Position numbers and translations under genes: made by a program | Shown here: one piece after another, positions 1-7,927 of the stretch | Numbering within the stretch: position 1 is the stretch's first letter | Layout: each line of letters starts with the position of its first letter | The notes under the pieces: model-generated | What the model saw: the letters and a program-made list of their open reading frames with translations, nothing else | What the model was told of the DNA's origin: nothing | Database searches by the model: none | Source: an uncultured Verrucomicrobiota bacterium | GTDB lineage: Bacteria; Verrucomicrobiota; Verrucomicrobiia; Limisphaerales; AAA164-E04 | Direction of reading: 5' to 3' | Assembly: GCA_902560705.1 (NCBI GenBank) | Contig: CACEMW010000001.1 | Coordinates: 20,606 to 84,605, forward strand | Length of the DNA: 64,000 bases

Positions 1-1780
1 GCAGGGGTTTGATGCAATCGAGCCCACATTTTTCTGCAAGTGCCATGAATAATACCGAGAGTGTGATGGGTAAACCCTCCCGATCCTCGATCACCTTGTT
101 CAGATAACTGTTGGAGGCATGCTGGTAGTCGGTGAAACTGCCATGAAAACCATTCTCGACGAACAAGTAGGTAATGATGGATTCGACCTTTTGGTCCTGG
201 CTAAAAGATTCTTTCCAACGTTTTTGAATGGCTAGGACCATACGCTCAACCTCGTGGATATAGTCCGACGCATCCAAGGAGGGTTGATCATGTCTGGCGA
301 TCCACAGCGCTGCCTTCAAAAGATCGACTGAACCTTCAGGGCTCTGGAACATCTTCTGCAGAGCTTCGGCTATCGTTTCGCGGTGCGTTTGCTTGGCCTT
401 TTCTTTGAAAAAGTTGGCCCCTTTTTTGAGCTTTTCAGCCACCTGACGGTAATCTTCAGAAGTCCATTTTTCACCTCCCCCGCCAAAGGTTGGCAGTTTG
501 CCTGAATCCATCAGATAAGCTTCCAGAAGCGCCTTTTCACGTTCCTGCCGCAGTCCATCTGCATGCGTGACTTCAGATTCCGAAAATCCATCCTCGCGCA
601 CCCTGAACGACATGAATTCTGCTCCCGTTTGACGAAATTTCGTGATGCCCACCTGCCCGCTGACTAAATCCCGATCTTTGGATTGAATCACCAGAACATC
701 GTTGAGGTAACAGTCGATCGTGTCTGGTCGATGCACGACTCTGAGGTGATTCCAATCACCTTTGCGATAATGGGAAGAGCGAACCTGGTCCAAGATGGTC
801 CAGTCGTATACCGAAGGCCCCTCAAAGCGCGTGAGTCGCAACTGACTGTTGCTCGGATAGAAGCCATAGTGGGTGTCTCCACCATCGGAGCCAAAAATAA
901 TGCCAGCGGCACCGCTTTCATCCGTTAAACGGACCATGACTTCTACTTGATATGGTTGGTGTTCTGGCCTCTGAACCCAATGGCAATAAGCGCGGCCGCC
1001 AAACCCCTCCCCGACTCCATCCACTCTGACCCGGCCGACCTTGCTACTCCACATGGCAGGCTGGTCGGTCACCCAGCGAGTTTCATCCAGAGCACCCAAT
1101 CGCAACCACTGAGACCATGCCATACTGTTTGGGCGCTCAAGCAAGGGACGGATCCCATCAATGGGAGTGGCAAATCCCAAGTTCGGAGTCAGCGTACTTT
1201 TCATGTTCATCACTCCAATGACCTGGCCTTGGACATCGAAAAGGGGGCCTCCGCTGTTTCCCGGTTCAATCGGGATGGCAATTTGAATCATGGGGCCTTG
1301 GGTAAATTGACGTAATCCCGACAGGACTCCTCCCACCACACTTCTTTCAAGCCCCATTGGATTCCCCAGAGCCATGACTTTCTGACCTGTGGTTAGATTG
1401 GATGATTGCCCAAGCGGTAGCGGAGTCAGGTTTTCCCTCGATATTTTTAAGACAGCCAGATCCTGATTACGATCCCATGCCCAGATAGATTCGGGCTCGT
1501 ATTCTGCTCCGTCACTGAAAATTACCTTAACGCGACGGGCTTCCCCAATCACGTGCAGACTTGTAATGATGCGACCTTCCTGGTCCATCACAAACCCAGT
1601 TCCGACGCCCTGTTCACGCCCCTCACGGCCCATGTGCCGAATCGTGACAATGGCGTCCGAATATTCCTGGAAAAGCGTTGCCTCACTTAAGGGCTCGGAA
1701 TGACAAGCAAGGCATGGAAGGCAACATGCAACGAGCAAGCTGAAAATGCTAGAGTGAAGACCATTGCGAGTCACAGGCAT
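1..1780 (-). CDS. Secreted trypsin-like (S1C-type) serine protease fused to a ConA-like (DUF1080/LamG-type) beta-sandwich and a SirB1/YchA transglutaminase-like region. The 3' end runs off the window.
   Basis: Absent from the ORF track because there is no stop inside the window. Manual minus-strand translation from ATG 1780..1778 stays open to base 2. It gives an N-terminal signal/lipobox-like MPVTRNGLHSSIFSLLVACCLPCLAC and triad contexts TSLHVIG, NQDLAVLKI and EPGNSGGPLFD. Next comes AAGIIFGSDGGDTHYGF...GDWNHLRVVHRPDTIDCYLNDVLV...SGQVGI, then YLFVENGFHGSFTDYQHASNSYLNKVIEDREGLPITLSVLFMALAEKCGL. Confidence 0.7.
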   Translation of the reverse strand, partial: MPVTRNGLHSSIFSLLVACCLPCLACHSEPLSEATLFQEYSDAIVTIRHMGREGREQGVGTGFVMDQEGRIITSLHVIGEARRVKVIFSDGAEYEPESIWAWDRNQDLAVLKISRENLTPLPLGQSSNLTTGQKVMALGNPMGLERSVVGGVLSGLRQFTQGPMIQIAIPIEPGNSGGPLFDVQGQVIGVMNMKSTLTPNLGFATPIDGIRPLLERPNSMAWSQWLRLGALDETRWVTDQPAMWSSKVGRVRVDGVGEGFGGRAYCHWVQRPEHQPYQVEVMVRLTDESGAAGIIFGSDGGDTHYGFYPSNSQLRLTRFEGPSVYDWTILDQVRSSHYRKGDWNHLRVVHRPDTIDCYLNDVLVIQSKDRDLVSGQVGITKFRQTGAEFMSFRVREDGFSESEVTHADGLRQEREKALLEAYLMDSGKLPTFGGGGEKWTSEDYRQVAEKLKKGANFFKEKAKQTHRETIAEALQKMFQSPEGSVDLLKAALWIARHDQPSLDASDYIHEVERMVLAIQKRWKESFSQDQKVESIITYLFVENGFHGSFTDYQHASNSYLNKVIEDREGLPITLSVLFMALAEKCGLDCIKPL

Positions 1781-2453
1781 ACTGTGAGGGACCCGTTGGA
1801 AATGTGCAAGTATGTGAACGAGCGATTTCGAGTCGGTCAAGGAAGGTTTCCCTGTTGATGTAATGAGCTCCGAGAGATTGCGTCACCGGAGTGAGCATCT
1901 GAATGTCCACCAAGCGACATCCTCGATCACGAAGGGCCCGCAGGAGATGCAACAGTGCGACTTTCGACGCATTGCTGACTCGATAAAACATCGATTCGCC
2001 TGCAAACGCAGCTCCCACCTGCACTCCATACACCCCCCCCACCAGAGATCCCTCGTGCCAGCATTCCACGCTGTGTGCGCATCCCTGGTCATGCATCTGT
2101 TGATAAGCTCGAATGAACCGAGGGGTGATCCAACCCCCAGGTCTCGGCACCTTGGCACAAGCTTCAATCACTTCGTCAAATGCTGTATTAAAAGTAATAT
2201 CGAATCGTTGTTTTTTCAGAACCCGGCGCAGGCTTCGCGAGATGTGAATCTTGTTGAGCTCGAAGACTCCCCTCTGCTGGGGGCACCACCAGGTGATGGG
2301 ATCGTCCGTCCACGGAAAAATACCCTTTTCATAAGCCAGTTTGAGTCGTCGCACGGAGAGATCCCCCCCAACAGCCAATAGCCCTTCCTTGAGGTAGCGA
2401 TCATAACGGCGTGGTTCTGGGAACCAGATCTGTTTTTCTAGGAAGGCAACCAT
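1749..2453 (-). CDS. aat: Leucyl/phenylalanyl-tRNA--protein transferase
   Basis: Motifs GIFPW, WWCPQQRGV and FAGESMF, with an overall Aat layout. I prefer the start at ATG 2453..2451 (MVAFLEKQIWFPEP, 234 aa), which lies 1 nt after the upstream stop, over the track start at 2486. Confidence 0.9.
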   Translation of the reverse strand: MVAFLEKQIWFPEPRRYDRYLKEGLLAVGGDLSVRRLKLAYEKGIFPWTDDPITWWCPQQRGVFELNKIHISRSLRRVLKKQRFDITFNTAFDEVIEACAKVPRPGGWITPRFIRAYQQMHDQGCAHSVECWHEGSLVGGVYGVQVGAAFAGESMFYRVSNASKVALLHLLRALRDRGCRLVDIQMLTPVTQSLGAHYINRETFLDRLEIARSHTCTFPTGPSQYACDSQWSSL

Positions 2454-2454
2454 G

Positions 2455-2967
2455 TCATGGAGTGATCTCATCTCCAGAAGGATCACCGGGTTTACCTGAA
2501 CCGTTTAGGGCCTGTAGAAGCACCGATTGAAACATGCCACACAAACCCATCGACCATACACTTGGCAACTGGGCTTCGGTCCACTTTTCACTTTTGAGGT
2601 CCGCTTCATTCGGACATCCCAGAAGCATCCAGTGACTGATTCGAAGATCATTAAATAGTTGGAGCATCCACTCGACATCATGGCCACTGAGTCGAAGCAT
2701 CTTTTGGGAAGTATCTTCCGGGGAAGAGGTGCTCCCTGCTTCCAACCAAGTGGCCGCACGTTTCACCAGACTTTGTCGATGTGCCGCCTGCATTTCCCGC
2801 AACCAGGTGTTGGATTCTTCAATCACGGGATCCTTATTTGAATGGCTTGGGGGTGACGGTCTATCCAGCCCTGAAGCATACTGGGCAAGAAGGGCGGAAA
2901 AGATACGCCATTCCCGCTCATCAAGTAAAACACACAGCTCACCGTCATCAAGACGCCTTGCCTTCAT
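2455..2967 (-). CDS. Hypothetical protein (170 aa) encoded between clpS and aat
   Basis: The ATG 2967..2965 overlaps the clpS TGA 2966..2964 (ATGA). Its stop at 2457..2455 lies 1 nt before the aat ATG. It begins MKARRLDDGELCVLLDEREWRIFSALLAQY. I recognise no motif. Confidence 0.6.
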   Translation of the reverse strand: MKARRLDDGELCVLLDEREWRIFSALLAQYASGLDRPSPPSHSNKDPVIEESNTWLREMQAAHRQSLVKRAATWLEAGSTSSPEDTSQKMLRLSGHDVEWMLQLFNDLRISHWMLLGCPNEADLKSEKWTEAQLPSVWSMGLCGMFQSVLLQALNGSGKPGDPSGDEITP

Positions 2968-3275
2968 GCGTCCTTCTCCAAGGTGGCTTGCAGGTGATAG
3001 CACTGGAGCTGGTGCACGTAGTGCTCCGCCTTTTCAAGGCTCTCTCGCATGAGGATGCTTTTACCCTGCTCATGAACTTCCCGCATATGCCGATGGGCGC
3101 GCTCCCGCCTCCACCCAAATACTTTTTGAAAAACGTGCGTCACGTAATCCATGAGATTGACAGGATCATCCCAACAGATCACCAAGTAGGCATCTTCCGG
3201 TTTCAAGGAAATGCATGGGTCCGACGCGGGGCCGGGTCCTGGAAGCACCTGAGGAGTATCACTGCTCAATATCAC
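2964..3275 (-). CDS. clpS: ATP-dependent Clp protease adaptor ClpS
   Basis: WDDPVNLMDYVTHVFQKVFGW...A...M..VH..G is the typical ClpS core. 103 aa. Confidence 0.9.
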   Translation of the reverse strand: MILSSDTPQVLPGPGPASDPCISLKPEDAYLVICWDDPVNLMDYVTHVFQKVFGWRRERAHRHMREVHEQGKSILMRESLEKAEHYVHQLQCYHLQATLEKDA

Positions 3276-3387
3276 GTAATAAGATTATAGAAAACACCCT
3301 CAGAAAGTGCAACTGCATGCTTGGTGGGCTTTTCGGCTGGTCGAAGCCATCAAGCGTTGCCTCGATCCCATTGAACTCAAAGCATCT

Positions 3388-4659
3388 CTAGAGGTGTTCA
3401 AAAACATTCAACACCCCTTCGCACATGGACTGGGCGGAGCCAGTCCGAATGACACTCTCTCGCCCCTCCTTGGCTATGGCCAGCAAACGGGGTCGGTCCA
3501 TCAACAAGCATCTGATGGACGAGGAGAGATCTTGGGCGCTCAGACCCTCTGATAGAATGCCGCCTCCGGTTTGTGCAATGATCTCGGGAAAGGCAGCATG
3601 CGGCGGTTGCACGACAGGCACCCCCGAAGCCAGGGACTCGAGCACATACAAGCCGAAAGACTCGCCATAAAGGGCTGGCACTGAAAAGAGGGTTAACTTC
3701 GAGAAAAAATCCAGTTTCTCCTCACGGCTGAGATTGGGATGCCAGGTAACATCGTGACTCAAGCCAGCATGCTTTAATGTCTCTTTCAAGCTCTCCACAA
3801 AAGCGACGTCACCGGGGCCACATCCACCTCCTATCATCAGTTTAAGATGCTTCGTTGAATCTTGCTTTTTAAGATCGCGAAAAGCGTCCACGAGGGTATC
3901 GAGACCTTTCTGCGGGCACATTCTCGCAAAGTATCCCAGCACAGGTGGATGGGCGGGAAGAGAACTAATCTGGTAACCCTCTAGAGGAATCCCGTTGGGG
4001 ACAACATGGATACGGTTTTCAACCATCTTCAGCCGATTCTGCATGGTGCGACCGTAATACTGGCTTGGGGCAATCCATGCGTCCACCTCGGCAGCCAGCC
4101 TGGACAGTTCATCCCAAGCTTCGGTTCGGTAGGGTTCACGGAGGGCATCCAGAAAGGTATCCTCGCCTTGCAAGGTGCAAACCACCTTCACCCCGAGACC
4201 ACGTTGAATGGCAGGGCACATACCAAGAAGCAAGGCGTTGGATAGGCAAACGACATCCGGTTTACCATGCTGCTTCAGCCAGTCAACCAGCGCATTTAAC
4301 TCACCCGCTTGACGGCCATCCAGCCCCCTCAACATGGAAACGGTGAGGGCTCCCGTATCCTCAGGGCGTGTCTTGGCCGCTTTTCCAGCCACCTTGCCAA
4401 GTAGGCTGCGGCGGCTAAGCCAGCGGGTCCAAGTTGAGGGAAGCCACTGAGCATACTGACGCAAAAAAACGCCGATACCACCATAGAAAATAGGGGTTTC
4501 CTTGCTTTGATCCTCGTCTTCCAGGGTCAGGGGCAAGTAAAGAGGCACCATGAGAACATCATGTCCCTGGCTCCTTAAACCCTTTACCAAGGCATTGTCT
4601 CGGAAGCACCCTCCGCAGTACATGCCACCGGCACCGGGCGTCAATTGGACAATTTTCAT
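3388..4659 (-). CDS. Glycosyltransferase family 4 (GT-B fold)
   Basis: EX7E motif (YGESFGLYVLESLASGVPVV). I prefer the start MKIVQLTPGAGGMYCGGC at ATG 4659..4657, which overlaps the upstream stop (ATGA at 4656..4659). Confidence 0.8.
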   Translation of the reverse strand: MKIVQLTPGAGGMYCGGCFRDNALVKGLRSQGHDVLMVPLYLPLTLEDEDQSKETPIFYGGIGVFLRQYAQWLPSTWTRWLSRRSLLGKVAGKAAKTRPEDTGALTVSMLRGLDGRQAGELNALVDWLKQHGKPDVVCLSNALLLGMCPAIQRGLGVKVVCTLQGEDTFLDALREPYRTEAWDELSRLAAEVDAWIAPSQYYGRTMQNRLKMVENRIHVVPNGIPLEGYQISSLPAHPPVLGYFARMCPQKGLDTLVDAFRDLKKQDSTKHLKLMIGGGCGPGDVAFVESLKETLKHAGLSHDVTWHPNLSREEKLDFFSKLTLFSVPALYGESFGLYVLESLASGVPVVQPPHAAFPEIIAQTGGGILSEGLSAQDLSSSIRCLLMDRPRLLAIAKEGRESVIRTGSAQSMCEGVLNVFEHL

Positions 4660-5939
4660 GCAGGCACCGCCGTTTGGGCCTGCTCTGTGAGGGGTTCTCC
4701 ATGAGGCAAATCCTTGGGAATTGAGCAGAACTCCTGAATCTTCTCCCACAAATTAGAGAAATCCTTATTCACGTCGCCGGAAAGACAATCGGTCACGTCG
4801 CCACCCAATTCGGGGTATTTGGCAATCAAATCCTTGAAGCTGAAATCTGGATCGTAAAAGGCATAAACCAACTTGCGCATGTTCTCGATTCCTTCGCGCA
4901 TGACACGACTGTATTCCTGAAACTTTTCAGGCCCCAGGTCGCCGTCTCGAAGGCACTGGACAATGGTCTCCCCGGCCATCACTCCGCTTTTCAATGCCAA
5001 CAAGAGCCCTGATGAAAAGACCGGGTCAAGGAAACCAAACGCATCCCCAATAAGGCAAAGACCCTTTTCAGCACAGTATCGTGAGCGGAACGTGTACTCG
5101 GAGGTAGCCCGATAAGGCCCCGCGGGTTTCCCTTCACGCAAATAGTGCTCTATCCATTTGTTTTGGGAAATTTCACGCCTAAAAATGGCTTCGGGCTGCT
5201 TGACACCATCGCGCGTCAAGTAAGAGGCCTCTGCCACAATTCCCACGGATGTCATCCCATCATGCTGCGGAATAAACCAAAACCAACCTTTCTCAGGAAC
5301 GTATGCGACGGTAGTCGCTCCTTCGTCGATGCCTTCGTCACGCTTGGCGTCCTTGTAGTAAGTCCACACGGCAACTTTATTGAGGTGGGGATCCCTTTCA
5401 CGCCAACGGTTCTTGGCGACCGTAAAGGCTTCCTTGCCAGAGGCATCGATAGTCATCAATGCACGCACATGACTCTCGCGCCCATCTCGGTCCCTAGTTA
5501 GAACGCCACAAACTTCTCCTCGAGAGTTGCGCATCAGATCCACCACATGTGTTTCCTCCCACACTTCGGCGCCAAGATCAAGCGCGTGGTCAAGCATCAT
5601 CTGGTCAAACTCGGAGCGCAGGACTTGCCATGTTTGCGCGACGTTAGAATCATACCTCGTGGAGAAGTAAAAGGGCTGTGAAGCTTGGCCGTTGGGCATC
5701 ACGAACTGCACGCTGTGCTTTTTGACAAAATGAGAGGCCCGCATTTTCTCTATTAGTCCCAATCGTTTAAGGGGAAAGTAAGTGAATGGGATCATGGACT
5801 CACCTACTTTGTAACGTGGGAATGCCTCGCGCTCCAAAACAAGCACACGATGGCCAGCCTCAGCCAGAATGCAGGCAGCGCTGCAGCCCGCTGGACCCGC
5901 GCCGATGACCACTACCTCGACTTGTGTTGTCTCATTCAT
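4656..5939 (-). CDS. FAD-dependent oxidoreductase of the flavin-dependent halogenase-like family
   Basis: GAGPAGCSAA (GxGxxG), FPRYKVGESMIP, GWFWFIP (WxWxIP) and GDAFGFLDPVFSSGLLLA. Confidence 0.75.
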   Translation of the reverse strand: MNETTQVEVVVIGAGPAGCSAACILAEAGHRVLVLEREAFPRYKVGESMIPFTYFPLKRLGLIEKMRASHFVKKHSVQFVMPNGQASQPFYFSTRYDSNVAQTWQVLRSEFDQMMLDHALDLGAEVWEETHVVDLMRNSRGEVCGVLTRDRDGRESHVRALMTIDASGKEAFTVAKNRWRERDPHLNKVAVWTYYKDAKRDEGIDEGATTVAYVPEKGWFWFIPQHDGMTSVGIVAEASYLTRDGVKQPEAIFRREISQNKWIEHYLREGKPAGPYRATSEYTFRSRYCAEKGLCLIGDAFGFLDPVFSSGLLLALKSGVMAGETIVQCLRDGDLGPEKFQEYSRVMREGIENMRKLVYAFYDPDFSFKDLIAKYPELGGDVTDCLSGDVNKDFSNLWEKIQEFCSIPKDLPHGEPLTEQAQTAVPA

Positions 5940-5973
5940 GTTTTCATAGATAACACCCTTTGATCATTTTGCA

Positions 5974-6540
5974 TCAATAGGATGGGAGAATTTCTACAAT
6001 TTCTGCAATCACCCGCTCATCTGCCAGAAACAACTGATTGCGGCGACCGTAAAGCCAAGGCGCGTCAGTGGCACCCAGCACTTTTTGAATGTGCGCATCG
6101 GGCCGCATCCGAAAAAAACCCACAGGCTGGCTGCGGTGCTGGACCTTTTGGTCATTGAGAATGAATCCTAGAGGCAACTGAGCTTCGGTGATGAGACGCT
6201 GGGTTGGCTCAGGAAGGGCGTTTAAACGGATTTGGATGCCACCCCATTCTATTTTTCTCTGTGAATGTTTGAGCTTCAGAACCACTTCACGTGAATAATG
6301 ATCCCCCACTCTTTGCTCATGGTACACTGTGATGAGAATGTCATCGCCGTAGTGAGCCGATAGGGTGGGAGTCATGTCCTTCTGGTGGACCAGAAGTGGG
6401 TGATAGGGTTCCGGCACAGCATCCGGAGCGAGAGGTTCTGGTTCAACCCATGCCAAAAAGCGTCGTTGATAAAACTGCTTCAGTGGAAACCAGAAATCCT
6501 GCTTGATTGGAGTTGGACATTCCATTTGATAATTAGCCAC
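5974..6540 (-). CDS. Chorismate pyruvate-lyase (UbiC/DUF98)-like protein
   Basis: The layout matches UbiC as I recall it: DMTPTLSAHYG, YSREVVLKL, LPLGFIL and LYGRRNQLFL...EIVEILP. GTG start at 6540, directly abutting the upstream stop at 6541. Confidence 0.6.
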   Translation of the reverse strand: MANYQMECPTPIKQDFWFPLKQFYQRRFLAWVEPEPLAPDAVPEPYHPLLVHQKDMTPTLSAHYGDDILITVYHEQRVGDHYSREVVLKLKHSQRKIEWGGIQIRLNALPEPTQRLITEAQLPLGFILNDQKVQHRSQPVGFFRMRPDAHIQKVLGATDAPWLYGRRNQLFLADERVIAEIVEILPSY

Positions 6541-7890
6541 TCAAACCATACGTTTTGTCAGGTGTTCGGGGAGAAAGAACTCATGCAGCAAGCGGTCGAC
6601 CTGCAATAGCCCGTCGCGATTGAGATTGATGTGATCATCCTCCAATCGCAGATAGCCCCAATCCATCAGACGCCTGAGTGGCTCATGAAATTGCTTTTGA
6701 ACATCCACTCCAAATTTTTCAGTAAAGTAGCTACTTCGGGTATGTCCCAGTTTGAGCTGAAGAATGAATTCCCTGATCAAACGCTCCAGATGGTTCGGAG
6801 TGTAGGCACGAAAGACGGGAAGTACACCTTGGTTTACCCGTTCGACATAAGGGTCAAAGTCGGCATGATTTTGATAATGGGTGCCACCGATATGACCGAA
6901 AGATGCCACCCCGAGCGAGAGTAAATCTGCCCCCTCCCAAAGGCGATCCCGATAGACGAAGCGGGTTTGCTCCTTGTCCTTGACAGCCGTGTAGGCACTG
7001 GTGATGGCGTATCCTGCCTGTTCGAATTTCTCAAAGGCCTCGCGAACCCATCTTCGCTTGGTTTCCCAATCTGCCACAGGTGCGCTTAGTTGACCCTGCT
7101 CCTTCATTTGACGGTAAATCGTCGTATTGAACGGAACTTCCATTTGATAAATCGTCACACTGTCGGGGGCCAGCGAAAGGGTTTTCTCAATCGCCATCTG
7201 CCACTTCTCTTCGGTTTCCTCCAGCATTCCCGCAATCAAATCAATATTGATTTGAGGAAAGCCAAGGTCTTGGGCGCATCGATAAGCTTTTTCGATCTCC
7301 TTGGAACGGTGTGCGCGACCGTTCGTCTCGAGAATGTGATCGTCAAAATGCTCCACACCAAGACTCAATCGAGTGACGCCAATATCCCGGATAGCGCGAA
7401 GCTTTTTATCGGTCAATGTTCCCGGTTCACACTCAAAGGCTACTTCCTCTGCTTCATCCCAAGGAAGCAGGGCCTTCATGCGATCTGTCAGCATTGTAAG
7501 CTGGGGCACGGACAAATAGCTGGGCGTACCGCCTCCAAAGTAAATGAATTTGGGAAGCCTTCCACCGATGAATGGCTTTTGGGAATAAGTCTTGAGTTCC
7601 TCGATGGCAGCATCGAGGTAGCCGTTGATCGCTGTGGCATTCTTATCCGTGTAGACCTTGAAGTAGCAGAAGTGGCAGCGCTTACGACAAAATGGGATAT
7701 GAAAATACAGCCCCAGGGGTGTTTCCGGAAGCGGAGAACGTTCCAGAGCTTGCTGATATTGATCGACAAACGACGGGTTCCAGAATGAGTAAGGGGGATA
7801 ATTTGAAACAAAATAATTCCCGGCCTGCGTCTGCTGCTTGCCGGTTTGCTCCACTTTAGCTGTAGTTTGGGGTTCCGCAGATGGATTCAT
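6541..7890 (-). CDS. HemN-like radical SAM protein (coproporphyrinogen III oxidase family / possible class C methyltransferase)
   Basis: LYFHIPFCRKRCHFCYF (CxxxCxxC), IYFGGGTPS, and an N-terminal SNYPPYSFW segment analogous to the HemN TSYPTA. The fourth Cys of the HemN CxxxCxxCxC motif is absent. Confidence 0.85.
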   Translation of the reverse strand: MNPSAEPQTTAKVEQTGKQQTQAGNYFVSNYPPYSFWNPSFVDQYQQALERSPLPETPLGLYFHIPFCRKRCHFCYFKVYTDKNATAINGYLDAAIEELKTYSQKPFIGGRLPKFIYFGGGTPSYLSVPQLTMLTDRMKALLPWDEAEEVAFECEPGTLTDKKLRAIRDIGVTRLSLGVEHFDDHILETNGRAHRSKEIEKAYRCAQDLGFPQINIDLIAGMLEETEEKWQMAIEKTLSLAPDSVTIYQMEVPFNTTIYRQMKEQGQLSAPVADWETKRRWVREAFEKFEQAGYAITSAYTAVKDKEQTRFVYRDRLWEGADLLSLGVASFGHIGGTHYQNHADFDPYVERVNQGVLPVFRAYTPNHLERLIREFILQLKLGHTRSSYFTEKFGVDVQKQFHEPLRRLMDWGYLRLEDDHINLNRDGLLQVDRLLHEFFLPEHLTKRMV

Positions 7891-7927
7891 GAGATCAAGG
7901 GTATTTCAAGAGGTGGGATCGGCATGG

